A model generated the notes under the pieces. The model did not search any database and was not told the DNA's origin. It saw nothing but the letters and a program-made list of their open reading frames with translations. 64,000 bases of DNA from Salisapilia sapeloensis CBS 127946 (taxonomy: Eukaryota; Protista; Oomycota), in the NCBI GenBank assembly GCA_023334545.1, contig JAADVB010000071.1, positions 1-64,000 on the forward strand, in the 5' to 3' direction. Positions 19,321-30,901 of the stretch are shown here, one piece after another. The stretch's first letter is position 1. The number at the start of each line of letters is the position of its first letter. Both the position numbers and the translations under genes were made by a program.

Positions 19321-22287
19321 TCACCGGGTGATCATTCCCTTTTCGTGTTGTCTCTTTCGTGCGTTTTGAACCATCTCAATCTCTCGTCGCATCAATCGAC
19401 TTTTACAATCTAGTGCCAAATGTCTTCCGACTGCCTTCGCCTTCACAGACTCTGGACAGTCTAGCTGTGGACACTCAACGAGTCGATTGGGGCACTCAGC
19501 TCTGTAGTGCTCACGCATGAATCTGTTCTTGACCATTACGCCACAACCTAATTCGCACTCCTCGAGCTCTTCCTTCGCGTGATACCTGTCGACTAAAAGT
19601 TCTCGATATCGCTTTCGTTCACATCGATTCTTGTTGTGCTGACTTTGGTCGCAGAATCGATACAATCGTCCACAACCTACTTCTCGGCAAGCGACCATCC
19701 GATGAGGACATTCCAACCGATGATGCTTTTCCAAGTGGACCATCAAAACGTCCGCTTGGCACTGCTGTCGACATGGAACTTTTACATGTAAGCGATCGGA
19801 AGCACGTTGTGCCAAGTGTTGTAGTCGTTGATTAATGACACAGCTCGATGATTCTCGTAGTGATGGTGTTGGCAACGCACCGAACTTGTGGCGAAGTTCT
19901 GGGGTGTCCAGTGCGACCCATTTTGTATAAATACAGGCTACTCGAGGACGTGAGAGCGACATATCGTCAACGGCATCTCCCATAGCTTCTTCTAGTGTCC
20001 AATACCCGAGCATTCGACCGGTATTGTAGAGTGTTGTGACTGGTAGGACAGTCGATGCAAACTGTTGTATTTTACTAACTGTCCTCACTTCCTTCCAATA
20101 CCGGATTTCTTTGATAAAGCCTTGGAAGGACTCGGATGGAGCTGATGAACCAATATATTCCAAGGGCAGTTGAAACGTGCCTGCTTTCGTTGCCTTTAAA
20201 ACGCCATCAACGTAGACTTGGAGCTCCGTAGCGGAAGCAGAGAGGGTCAAATGGGTCCATTGATTCCTCGGTAACTTGACCTTGAGATCAACTGCCCCTC
20301 TCTTGCGAGATGTCTGTCGGAAGAAAACGAGACTACCTTTATGTGAAAGAGAGATGGCGTTGCTGTAAGAAGAAGCAATGACGTGTCGACCACGCCTTGC
20401 TAGTAATTCCACTGGCATTGAGTCTGATAGAATAGCGAGCTTGCTATCCACTTTAGCCAATTCTCTCTCATACTTTCTACGCAAGCGCACGGCATCGTCA
20501 GCATCCTCAACGACATTTTCAAGCTGCTCTTGGATTTGAGAACGCTTTCGAAGAGCTACTTGCTGCTTCTTTTGTGTCGATGCCGTATTAGAGCTAGATG
20601 CAGGTCGAATGCGTGCGCACCACTTTTGAGTACTTGCAACCATCTCCTTCGCTTCTTCATCCAGCAGACTAGCTAAGGATGAACGCTGCTCAAGAATCTT
20701 CATTGTTTGATCCTTTACAGCCGCCTGTATTGCTTCTTTCTCCTCTTTCGTTTTGACAGATAAAAGTAGTTGATTTGCTTCTTGGACATAAACTTCTACC
20801 CATCCTTTTGCAAGCTCACTGGTTTTACGAGCGGTTGATACTCCTTTTTCAGCAGCACCAGACTCTTCTGCTAATGCTTTTGCTGTCACAGTCATTGCAG
20901 CAGATAAAGCTTTTCCTTTAGCCTTCCGTTGTGTCGACTTGATTGCTCTAAATTTCTTGTTGCACTCTTCTGCTTGCACCTTCCATTTTACTAGTTCGTT
21001 TTGGCTATTTAGTTGTACTTCGTACTGCTTTAATGCCGCATACATCAAGCCTAGCACATCTTCTTGTTCGTCTATCATCCACAAGTAATATTCTGCTGTC
21101 CAAGGTGGAGCTTCATCCTTCTTACTAGATATCTCGTCTACATCTAGACTAGTACGTAGATTTATCCGAGCATCGGCATTGACTGGAAACTGCAATAGTG
21201 TACGATGTTTTGCCAAAGCTGTGAAGTCTTCGTGTAGGTGCCTTTCACGCCATCGTAACTGAACTTTGCAGCCATGGAGGCTGTTCTTGCAACGCACCAC
21301 TCTACTGATGCATTCCTCTTTCCAATGCTTCGGCATCTTCCCCCTTTTAATGCTCTCGCCACACTCCGGGCATGCAACAGCTTCATTTTGACGCCGAGCA
21401 CGCTCGGCGAGATCATTCCGGAGCAGTGTGACGCTGCATTCAGTCTTGACATGATGATCGAAATCCTCGACAGGCACCCATTCGACACAGCCTCTCTCTG
21501 CATTCGGACAAGGTCGTTCTCGCTTTGGACACTCATCCTCTTGATGATCTAGCAACTTACGTTTGGGAACAATGTTTTCACACCAGTCACACACTGTTGT
21601 CTCACTAAGTTTCTCCGCATCTCGAGCGATAGCTGCACGACGCTGGGCAACGATGCATTCGTTCTGCATATGTAAGTCGGTGCTATCGGCTGGAAAGGTC
21701 ATCTCGCATCCCCATTCCGCAAAAGAGCATGGTACAATACGCTTTGGACAATCGTGCAGCTGATGTTGTCTTAGCTGTTTTTTACTTAGTAACGGAGACG
21801 AGCCTGTATCTCCTTGACACCTTTCACACTGATGAATTGGATCCAGGCCGGATGCGTGATTCTGTAGAATCTGCCTCGTCTTTTTAGCAGTGAGGCAGTC
21901 TAAAAGTTCATGCTTTCTTCGCTCATACGCTGGAAATGACTTCCCACAACCAGGTTTCAAGCATCGGATCCTTCTATACGTGCACAACGTTTCTTTATGG
22001 CGTTGATATTGAGTTACCAAAACCTCTTCGCCGCATTCGCAAAACAGTACACTTTGGTTTGAAGAGTTTGGAGGTGACAGCTTCTGTAGGTAGAATATTC
22101 AGAGAGGTGATCAGTTTAATATGAAGGTTAGTCGTATAGGAAATCAGAAAGAAATTACAGGGGACGAGCGTAGTTTTATAGACGGCGGCTTTTTGACTGG
22201 AGTAGTTTCTATCTTGTTCAATAGATCACGACGCTGTCTTTCAATTTGTTCCAAGGATTGAGCAATTGCACGTCTACATGAACGCAT
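19321..22287 (-). CDS. Protein with multiple TRAF-type zinc fingers flanking a coiled coil and a LamG/concanavalin-A-like domain
   Basis: Repeated H-x3-C-x-x-R-x-V-x-C fingers (HDCPKRIVPC, DECPKRERPC, EECISRVVRC, LECPHRMVAC, AECPNRLVEC). LamG_3-like WTHLTLS...LQVYVDG...FQGFIKEIRYW. A 5' exon from the ATG at 22287 splices in frame to the ORF. Confidence 0.8.
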
Positions 22288-23043
22288 CGATTTTATTTAG
22301 TCTCCTTGTTCGTATACGATCGTATTCCGAAACTGTACAGCTCAGCATCCTTCGTGGAAGTATCATCTAGAGTTGATTTTTTTGTGGGGGATTGAATCAA
22401 TGGCTTTGTGAATGCTACCCATTCTACTCGACCCCCTTCACTGTTAGAGGTCATGGTACTTGTACAAGAATCGCAGCATCTTTTTTCGAGCAAGAAGTTA
22501 CCATAGCTATTTTTGACACATTAAATTCGCCGTTTTATCCGGAATGCCTTAGTTGTTCATCGTACGAAACTTTAGAGCTTGTAGAAGCCATTGCATTCTC
22601 ATCTTGTCAACTACATGCGTAACTTTCAACGTAGTTTTCTATCGCGGATGCTACTTGGCAATCGAACGATGTCTTTCTGAATAGTGTCGCCTCGTAGGAA
22701 TCAGGTATGAATAAGCGGCTATGCAAAGTCGCTCATGAGATGATGCAGAGAACATTAAGAGGCCAATAGCTTGTTCATCCCGCTTCACGCCACTGTCGTC
22801 ATGTTCCCACCCCAATTCTCATTCGCGCTCGCACTATCACACATAGACAAGCTACTGGGATTGTTTTTTCGTGTAACCTCCAGCGGCTCGTGAGAGATAA
22901 AGCGCCATTTCCTTCTACTTTTAAACAAGGAATATGAGCATGTCACACTCCTCAATCTCCTCGGTCGATCAAGAATCGAAGCTTATCTCGGCCTGCTTGC
23001 TCGATCAGTTGTCAACTTCTCTTGTGCTGATAAAAATACTTTC

Positions 23044-23766
23044 TTGCCAGTTTCGACATTCAACAATCCCGATTGCCGCATTAACGTAGCTATGGATACT
23101 TCTGCCGGTAAGACAGCTCGACTGCAACGATGGCAGTTCAAGCTAAAGTGTGCCTTTAGTCGTCGATATTCGAACAACCATTGCAAGTCGAACGGATTTG
23201 ATAGTCTCAGAAAAGACCCTATCGTGACGCAAGAGAGTTTGACCAGGAATGAAAGCGAGACTCTGTTATACAAAGACTCGGACAGCGAAGAGTCTAGCGG
23301 TTCATTTTATGAACCTTTTCCCCGTCAAACTTTTCATGCGCATGAGCAAGCAGAAACTTTCCACGAACATGAAGAGGACAAAAATGAAGTGGCTAGCCGT
23401 GAGAGTCTACCTGAAGAATCTTCATCCGTGCCAACTACTCGTAGCTCGCTTTCAAGTGTACTCTTAAAAGGAAAATCGCTGGCGATGAACAGTGGCACGA
23501 ATGTCAAGACTTGGAGTGTCCAAGCTGGAAATGCTGTGGTGTCCGCTGCCAGCAAAGCCTCAGTTACCACTAGAGCTTCCTTACCTTCTCTACCCGGTGG
23601 TCGCAATAGTTCCCTTCAGGATGAACTAGATCGGTTTCATCGACAACATGAGGAAGACATCGGTGCCATCGCGAAGAGCGGACCGGAAGACGTTCTACTC
23701 CAGCAGGACATTCTAGATCAGTGGTACGATGAACCAGAGATGCAGGATGGTGTTTGGGAATATTAA
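23044..23766 (+). CDS. Hypothetical low-complexity protein (5' end uncertain)
   Basis: 240-codon ORF, Ser/Glu-rich, with no recognisable motif. It ends 79 nt from the convergent neighbour. Confidence 0.5.
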   Translation: MPVSTFNNPDCRINVAMDTSAGKTARLQRWQFKLKCAFSRRYSNNHCKSNGFDSLRKDPIVTQESLTRNESETLLYKDSDSEESSGSFYEPFPRQTFHAHEQAETFHEHEEDKNEVASRESLPEESSSVPTTRSSLSSVLLKGKSLAMNSGTNVKTWSVQAGNAVVSAASKASVTTRASLPSLPGGRNSSLQDELDRFHRQHEEDIGAIAKSGPEDVLLQQDILDQWYDEPEMQDGVWEY

Positions 23767-23844
23767 AACAATATCCAATACGATCAACAGCAAGACTAGT
23801 CATGAATGCAAAAAGCAAACGTTATTACGAAAATTACTCTTTTC

Positions 23845-26079
23845 TCATAATTCCTGTTCCATCTGATTGCCCGCTGTCAAGTCAGTCTCTCGTGGTGATC
23901 GCGTCGCTGTGCCAAGAAAAATGCTGTAGACACTACTCATCTCTCGCGCCCAATCCTCTAATTCCAACGGCATTATCTCAATCAGCTCTTCCACATCCTG
24001 CATGGCAGGCCAGTCTACCTCACGTCCGACGTTTGATTCGTAAGCTTGCATGGAAAATGTAATTGCCTTCTGCACGACACTCTGCGGCCAATATCCCACC
24101 TCTGCAAACAACCTGTCGCGAGCCTCTGTCTTTGCATCAACTTGGTCGAATGCAATCATTTTACCTTCTTCGACATTGTCCTGTAACGTATCCAACGCTT
24201 CGTCCATTGTCACGAGCGAACTGTAGACATTAAACGTCCGTCCACGATGCAGAGGAAACGTCCATGCCATGGTTGCTACAGCTTTTGCAGCGTCGTTCAT
24301 TGAGATAAAGTATTGTAGTGTGTTGGCCAGTGTTAGTTCCGATAGAGGAAGCTCTGGAGTACCTTTGTTCTCGACTTGAGGTTCCCTCTCCTCAATTGCA
24401 TCATTAGTCTTTGCCGCCTTATCGCCTTCATGTTCCTCGTCACCGGCACCAAAGAACGCAGAGTCAATCGGACCTTCAGGTGACGGCGTCCGAGTCTTGG
24501 TGCTTGACAAGGCACAGAAATATTCCATGAAAAGCGGAAAGCGGATGATGGTATGAGCCACCTGTGCGTTTACAAGGTATTGCTCCATCTCGTACAATCG
24601 ACCGAGCTCATCCTCCGCGCCTTCCTTGGCAAAGATGGAGCTTACCATGACGATGCCGCATACTTTCGCCGACACACAAGCGTTGATAACTAGTTCCACG
24701 ATCTCTTGGCAGTACTCACCACCGAGACATAATGGTGGCACTAAGAGCACTACGTCCATCGTATGCAATTGAGGTCCGAGTCCAGGTCGTATTCCCAATG
24801 GAGCCGACGGTTGCCCTGCAATCTCAAACAAGTGACGATAATTAGTTCCTTCCGAGGCCGCTCGTATAGAGCACAATGTCACTTGTCGATGATCTATGCT
24901 TTCTTCCTCACCCCTCTCTTCCTTGTCTCCAAATGCACTCGCCATTTCCTTCAATTCTAACTGTGCAATCTCTTGAAACAAAGCATCCGCCCGGTCTCCC
25001 AAGACAAAGAGCTGCAAGTCATTCTGAGATGTAGCTTCGAAGTAATGGGCGTGACTGTTGATCCAGTCCGTGACAGAAGTCGGCTCCTTGTTCGTTATCG
25101 TTTGGTAGTGGTTGGACGCCCAAATGTCGTTCGGGATTTCCATATTCTGGTGACCGCCGTATCCACGTGCCCACTCCAAGTACGCTTCCAACTGGACGAG
25201 TGACTGGACAAATGCCATCGCTTTTAAGCCATCTCGTTTCGCTCGATATAAGAATTCAGGTGCAGGAACATATCGGTATCGGATCCTATGGTCGAGTGCA
25301 TTTGACAGAAAATGCGCCACTTCACTTGGACTCGTCGTTAGCTCGGAGCTCGTGAGTGTATACACCTTGTCAAAGTCTTGCTTCCATCGCATCAGCACTT
25401 CTGCTGCTGCGGTTGCAACGTCTTGCATGGAAATACAGGGTATTTTATATGCATCTTCAAAGCATCCAGTGATCCGATTCGCGTAGATAACTTCCGATCG
25501 GCATTCCAACAGCGTTTCCATGAGAAGAGGAACACGTAGCGAAACGCTATTGCGTAGTTGTTCCGCCGCGTATTCTTCCAGAGCTTTGTAGCTTTGTGCT
25601 CGCATCGTATTGAGGCTTATTTCGTCAATATTTCTAGAGCTATGTTCGTCTCGGTACGCATCATGATCGTCTTTCATGTGGAGCATCCACAGATCCGTGG
25701 ACGCCGTGACACTACTGATCATGACAAACCGGATGGGTGATTGTGCAGTCGAAGCACTTTGGACAGCATCAATAACACGTCTCGAGAGTTCAATACCTGC
25801 AGGTGTAATGTCCGAGATGAGCAGAACGGAATGAGCTCGCTGGACTATCTTGTAAATGGACTCGGGGCGATTAAGATCGCATTCCCTCACGATGCACTTG
25901 GTTGACCGTTGTAAACTCTTGGCGTTCATATTTGTCGGATCTGGAACTGGAAGAACGACTTTGCATCTACCTTTTTCGCCGTTGGAAAGACCTCGAATGA
26001 CGCATCGACCAAGGCGTGTTGTCCCGCCAAACACGACAATGATACGTACACCCACGAGCTTTCGTAAGGATACACCCAT
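23845..26079 (-). CDS. Protein with tandem NmrA-like NAD(P)-binding Rossmann domains
   Basis: First domain: IVVFGGTTRLG...LRVPLLMETL...CISMQDVATAAAEVL...YTLTS. Second domain: LFVLG...VMVSS...HTIIRFPLFME...ISMNDAAKAVA. The likely start is MGVSLRK (ATG 26079), just downstream of an INR/FPR motif. Confidence 0.75.
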   Translation of the reverse strand: MGVSLRKLVGVRIIVVFGGTTRLGRCVIRGLSNGEKGRCKVVLPVPDPTNMNAKSLQRSTKCIVRECDLNRPESIYKIVQRAHSVLLISDITPAGIELSRRVIDAVQSASTAQSPIRFVMISSVTASTDLWMLHMKDDHDAYRDEHSSRNIDEISLNTMRAQSYKALEEYAAEQLRNSVSLRVPLLMETLLECRSEVIYANRITGCFEDAYKIPCISMQDVATAAAEVLMRWKQDFDKVYTLTSSELTTSPSEVAHFLSNALDHRIRYRYVPAPEFLYRAKRDGLKAMAFVQSLVQLEAYLEWARGYGGHQNMEIPNDIWASNHYQTITNKEPTSVTDWINSHAHYFEATSQNDLQLFVLGDRADALFQEIAQLELKEMASAFGDKEERGEEESIDHRQVTLCSIRAASEGTNYRHLFEIAGQPSAPLGIRPGLGPQLHTMDVVLLVPPLCLGGEYCQEIVELVINACVSAKVCGIVMVSSIFAKEGAEDELGRLYEMEQYLVNAQVAHTIIRFPLFMEYFCALSSTKTRTPSPEGPIDSAFFGAGDEEHEGDKAAKTNDAIEEREPQVENKGTPELPLSELTLANTLQYFISMNDAAKAVATMAWTFPLHRGRTFNVYSSLVTMDEALDTLQDNVEEGKMIAFDQVDAKTEARDRLFAEVGYWPQSVVQKAITFSMQAYESNVGREVDWPAMQDVEELIEIMPLELEDWAREMSSVYSIFLGTATRSPRETDLTAGNQMEQEL

Positions 26080-26108
26080 GAAAGCTCCGAGGTGGTAGTA
26101 GCAGAGAC

Positions 26109-26127
26109 GAAAAAGCTTAAATGAGTG
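26109..26127 (-). promoter_or_regulatory. Oomycete INR+FPR core promoter element for the NmrA-like gene
   Basis: Minus-strand CACTCATTTAAGCTTTTTC, about 30 nt upstream of the ATG at 26079. Confidence 0.65.
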
Positions 26128-26754
26128 TCGATGCAACGAAAGAGGCCAAGAATAGTGCTTGGAGCAGCGAAAGAAATCGACTGACTAGTGTCTCAATGGT
26201 CTCGGCACATCATGGATGCTTCGTCATATTGAAGTACTCGCGACCTTTCATGCTCAGATCGATCTGTCAAGGGTCACTATCCACTGTCCAACTCCGCAAC
26301 AGAAAGCTCCTTGCGAGAGATGGCTAGTAAGGGCAATGACAGGTTCTCCAAGACAGTCGTATATGCAGAAGATATGACGGATCTTATGCTTGAAAAGGTG
26401 CTGGCGACAGCTAGGGAAGGCTTCCAACTACAAATCACAGTACGTCCATTTGTACTGGTGACAGGAAGAGACCGCAGGATACTAACATAAGCAATGGCTA
26501 GTCTGGCAAAACGTACTCGAAGATTGCTGACTTTGTACGATACAGCATCGAAAAGGAGTATGGAAGAGGTTGGAACTGTGTCGTGGGGTCGTCCTTTGGT
26601 GCGTACGTGACTCATGAGATCAAAACGTACGTCTACTTTAGCGTTGCAGCGGGGGTATCCGTCCTCGTATGGAAGACCTAGAGATACAAGTAGACTCGAA
26701 AGATCGTTTAATTTCTTGCAAACTTGTCATTCGTTTTAATCTATCAACGCAATT

Positions 26755-29592
26755 TTACGCCACATCGTCACGCGGTCTTTTCAGCCGCTGGAGAATCCCG
26801 ATCGATGCTTGTTCGTCGTACTCTTCATTCACAGAAGCTGGCGCAAGAGAAGGTCGAGGTGAATGCACAATCTGTCTTCCACCTGCAGCCATCTCAATCA
26901 GCATATCCGCTGCATTCGCTGGATCAATTGTCACAACATCAATCGCATCCAAATGATCTTCCGTCCATTCCGTTTCAATCGACTGACTCCGTAGGACATT
27001 CCACATGGGTGACTCCTGTCTAAACTTCGTTCCAGACAATCGTACGATGACTTTCAGGACTCTCGATCGCTTCAACTTGTGGCAGACGTGGGCCAATGCT
27101 CGTATCACAAGACCACTCGCTTCATCATCATCCATCACAACCACGACGGCATCCACCGCCCGTTGCGACGGTTCCAAGTACGCTTGAACTTGAGTCATGT
27201 ACCGTTCGATACCTTCTCTCCTATCCTCTTTACTCTGTTCATCATCCAATTCTCTTGACAGAACACTCCACCCGCATGCTTCCAATCGACCTAACGTACC
27301 AAGGTGCTTCTCCGTCTGCCCAGCAGCACAGAGCACCACGGCCGTAAGTCCATCGACCCTTCCTTTTATAAGCTTCTTGGCATCGCCATTGTATCTCAAT
27401 GCGATACGTAGCAACGGTGGTCCAAGTATTTGATTCAGGACGACAACTGTGACGATCAATGTGGAAAAGTAGGTCCCCCAGCCTGGGTACAGTAGCTGCA
27501 CTTGCTTGGCTAGGCCAAGTGTCACTCCTGCTTGCGTCACATATGCCATCCACCCCGTGTATCTCATACGTTTCTCTTCTCTCGCGAGTACATTGGCAAA
27601 GCCGTTGCCAAGAACGATCGCAACGATGTGGACACAGCAAAGTGCTAGTGCTAGAACCAAGGCACTGCCCATGGTCTCCAGCTCTAATGAAGCACCAGTC
27701 AACGTAAAGAAACAGACATACACGATATCACTTAAAGCATGCAGCAACGAGCTAACGTCTTCTGTCACTCCGCCACTACCTTTACCCTGCAGTGCCCGTT
27801 TGTCGAGAGTATTGTACATGACGACGCCTGTCATCATACAGCAGAGGAGTGGCTCGAGATACGGATGAAAAGCATGTCCAGCAGTGAAGAGAGCCCATCC
27901 AAGGGCAAGTAGTAGAGCCTCCTTACTCCACTGTAAGACTAGCGTACCCTTTCCTTTCCTCTTGAAGCGTGCAGGTCGCCATGATATAATAAAAGCAAAG
28001 ACATAGCCTAGGATGAAGCCACCAGCGACAGCACTCGATAGTTGAATGAACAGCGTGAGAAAGTCGCCGGAAGATGCTTCATGGTCCTTTAGGAAGCTTT
28101 CTGTAATGTGCGAATTGATGTTGAATAGAACGATGACCAACAAGTCACAGACGACCGTGACGGTGAACACAAGTGTCGTGAAGTAGCCTCGTGACTTTGT
28201 CTCTTGGATCACTGCGAGGGCAGAGGAAGGACTACGTGCAGTCATGAGACATCCAGCTAAGAGTGCAATGGCGACGGTCTCTCCACTTGTCGTTCCGTCT
28301 AGAAAGTCAATCATACTACTCAAAGCGAAGATGGCTGCAGCGATCATCGCGTATTCAATCGCAGTCAATAGTAAAGTGAAAATGATGATGCTACGTTTCA
28401 TATGCTTCATCTGTCGTAGATGCAGCTTGGCGCCTGCAGAGAGTCCGATGATTGCTAAGGAAATTTCATCGACGACACGAAGGTGGGAGATCTGGTCCTT
28501 GTGGATAAATCCCAACAAGTATGGACCTACTAGGACACCAGTGAAGATATATCCTGTGATTAGGGGCAAGCCGACGAATGGAAAAAGGTGGGCAATGGTT
28601 CGAGACGCGAGTGAAACGATGATAAAGGTGAGTGCTAGCTGTAGGTCTGGGTAGTACTCGTTGCTTAAAACAGCGTTTGGATCGACGTACACAGGTTCTA
28701 ATTCTCGTGCTTGAAGACTGTTGTCATCTGTAAAGTGGTCTACAACGACAGAACGTCCTGCTCCATTTTCCAACATGCAATAGATGGATAGTTCACCTGC
28801 TTTCCATGAATTATCCTTTTCGCCTACAATGTACGTAAGGATATAATCTGTGTCTGTGGAAGCAATGAGACTGTCTCCGACGGATACATTGTTGATGACA
28901 CAAAAAGACTGATTCGAGACATCTAAACGGTACTGAGGCTGCTGAAATGAGACCTGGACTTCAATTACTGATCCAGCATGTGCTGGCCGGTCAGAGGATA
29001 GCAGGATACTAGTGGAAGCAATCTGTGGTGTGTCTGTATCGATTTCAAAGTCGAGTGACACATTTCTCTGTAGTAATTTGGTCCGATTCGTGTCTGAGCT
29101 TTCGATCTCACAACTTATTGGAAGCAGCGAGCTACCATTTCTATTTACCGTAAAGAGACTTGCATCTGATTTGGATACAACGTACTGGACGCTATAAACG
29201 TCCAATGTGTCATCAAAGGCATGGCTGTCATCCGTAGTAATATTATACGGATCCAATGAACCACTCACTGTACTCAGAAAAAGATCATCAGCACCATTAA
29301 TTGCGCAAAGGCCGGAAGCATTCGCTGGTATGTCAGGTGACTGCATGAAGATGGTTACGACCGAGTTAATGGTCGCTGGCTCGTCCGAAGACTGCACCAC
29401 TAAGCGGACATCATCTACCATATCACCCCCAGCAGATCCACTAGTAGTCGAACCAGTGTGTTGGGCGATTGCAAGAGCGTATAACAAGCTCAGTAGCGTC
29501 AACGCTAGTAAAGGCACCGTCATGCTCGCCATGAGTACCCAAAAGACGTTTTGGATCTGAGTTGGTCGTCTTGGGTGCACTTTTTGTACCAT
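26755..29592 (-). CDS. Cation/H+ antiporter (CPA2/Kef-like) with an N-terminal TM segment, a duplicated extracellular beta-domain and a C-terminal RCK/KTN-like remnant
   Basis: About 12 hydrophobic helices with CPA motifs GLPLITGYIFTGVLVGP, IGLSAGAKL, ARSPSSALAVIQE, FFTLTGASL, QAGVTLGLA, NQILGPPLL. The C-terminus VDAVVVVMDDDEA...VIVRL resembles TrkA_N. Intronless ORF; first ATG at 29592. Confidence 0.88.
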   Translation of the reverse strand: MVQKVHPRRPTQIQNVFWVLMASMTVPLLALTLLSLLYALAIAQHTGSTTSGSAGGDMVDDVRLVVQSSDEPATINSVVTIFMQSPDIPANASGLCAINGADDLFLSTVSGSLDPYNITTDDSHAFDDTLDVYSVQYVVSKSDASLFTVNRNGSSLLPISCEIESSDTNRTKLLQRNVSLDFEIDTDTPQIASTSILLSSDRPAHAGSVIEVQVSFQQPQYRLDVSNQSFCVINNVSVGDSLIASTDTDYILTYIVGEKDNSWKAGELSIYCMLENGAGRSVVVDHFTDDNSLQARELEPVYVDPNAVLSNEYYPDLQLALTFIIVSLASRTIAHLFPFVGLPLITGYIFTGVLVGPYLLGFIHKDQISHLRVVDEISLAIIGLSAGAKLHLRQMKHMKRSIIIFTLLLTAIEYAMIAAAIFALSSMIDFLDGTTSGETVAIALLAGCLMTARSPSSALAVIQETKSRGYFTTLVFTVTVVCDLLVIVLFNINSHITESFLKDHEASSGDFLTLFIQLSSAVAGGFILGYVFAFIISWRPARFKRKGKGTLVLQWSKEALLLALGWALFTAGHAFHPYLEPLLCCMMTGVVMYNTLDKRALQGKGSGGVTEDVSSLLHALSDIVYVCFFTLTGASLELETMGSALVLALALCCVHIVAIVLGNGFANVLAREEKRMRYTGWMAYVTQAGVTLGLAKQVQLLYPGWGTYFSTLIVTVVVLNQILGPPLLRIALRYNGDAKKLIKGRVDGLTAVVLCAAGQTEKHLGTLGRLEACGWSVLSRELDDEQSKEDRREGIERYMTQVQAYLEPSQRAVDAVVVVMDDDEASGLVIRALAHVCHKLKRSRVLKVIVRLSGTKFRQESPMWNVLRSQSIETEWTEDHLDAIDVVTIDPANAADMLIEMAAGGRQIVHSPRPSLAPASVNEEYDEQASIGILQRLKRPRDDVA

Positions 29593-29660
29593 TTCGGTGG
29601 TACTATAACGGTACAATTTTGCGGACAGCACTTCATCTAGCTTTCGAATACTCAGCTATA

Positions 29661-30775
29661 ATGTGGTCTCGTCGAGGTTTTCGTGCCTTCACGACGACGT
29701 CTAGAAGTATAGCTGGACTCCAAAGCACACGTATTGATTTGGCGGGTGAGACATCACTTCATGCATTGGCACCTGCGTCCAAAAGTGATCGTCATGCCAT
29801 CCTGTGTCTTCCATCCGCATTCGGTACGCATTGACAAGCATTTGCTATTGGACAAGGTTGTCATCTTAAGTTTATTATGCTTTGCAATTGAGTAGGATCT
29901 GCAGCAACGGACTTTGCGCCACAATTGGAAGAGCTAAGTATGGACTATGACATGATTGCCATTGACCCCCGTGGCTATGGCGACTCTCGTCCACCAGAGC
30001 GCAGCTTCTCGGATAATTTCTTAGAGAGAGATGCTGACGATGCCGCACAAGTAATGCAGTCTTTGGGATACAACCAAGTAGGTTTCACTCCGTTCCAAAT
30101 GCAGCCAAATCCCACTAATGTGTGTCATAGTTCTCCGTCCTCGGGTGGAGTGCAGGTGCCAACGTCGCCGCCATCCTCGCTGGAAAGTATCCGGACCTCG
30201 TGTCTCGACTCGTCCTTGTAAATGGAAACGTATACTCTGTCCATCTCCCATCACTCTTGCCAAGGTATTAAATGCTGTTTATATGTAGGCTTTTGTTGCA
30301 GAGGAAGACTTGGAAGCTATGGAAGAATACGAAAATCCAAGTCAGTGGGCAGCTGACAGTCGCAGGCGTCGAGAGCAGATCTACGGAGAAGACCAGCTCC
30401 GATCTGGCTGGTTCGGTACGTCCTTCTATTCAACTCTCATCGCATAAGTCACCTAACTTTCGTATAGAATTGCTGTCTGTGATGCGAGGCATCTACGATA
30501 AAGACGGCGACCTCTGCTGTGGCTGGCTACCTCAAATCCACTGCAAGACACTGGTCGTAAAAGGAGAGGACGATGACAATATTGCCGAGTATCATAGTGA
30601 ATACCTAAGCGAACGCATCCTTCACTCTCGACTGCACATTGTCCCGGAAGGTCATCACGACTTGCACTTGTCTCAATCTCACGACTTTCACAAAGTCCTT
30701 CGAGAGTTTCTAGAAGAACCAGACGATAAGATGACCCAAAGCCGTGAATACGTCGCTATCCCATCTAAAAAATAA
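29661..30775 (+). CDS. BPHL: Valacyclovir-hydrolase/BPHL-like alpha/beta hydrolase, multi-exon, probable mitochondrial presequence
   Basis: MWSRRGFRAFTTTSRS...ILCLPSAFG|...DFAPQL...DPRGYGDSRPPER...ERDADDA...|FSVLGWSAGANVA (nucleophile elbow)...LPQIHCKTLVVKG...GHHDLHL. Confidence 0.8.
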
Positions 30776-30901
30776 CCAAGTCACTTTACTTGTAATCGTT
30801 TGTATTTTTGAATTTGACTGCTCTTGCGGTCGCTACTTTTTCTTTCGAATTTACACACCTTTCCATCCAAAGGTATTAACCATCTTCATGATAAGCTCGT
30901 C

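Noticed and set aside
26121-26660. Possible upstream exons of the NmrA-like gene (ORFs 26277-26615 etc.)
   Set aside because: An INR/FPR motif directly precedes the ATG at 26079, and the upstream frames are interrupted by stops.
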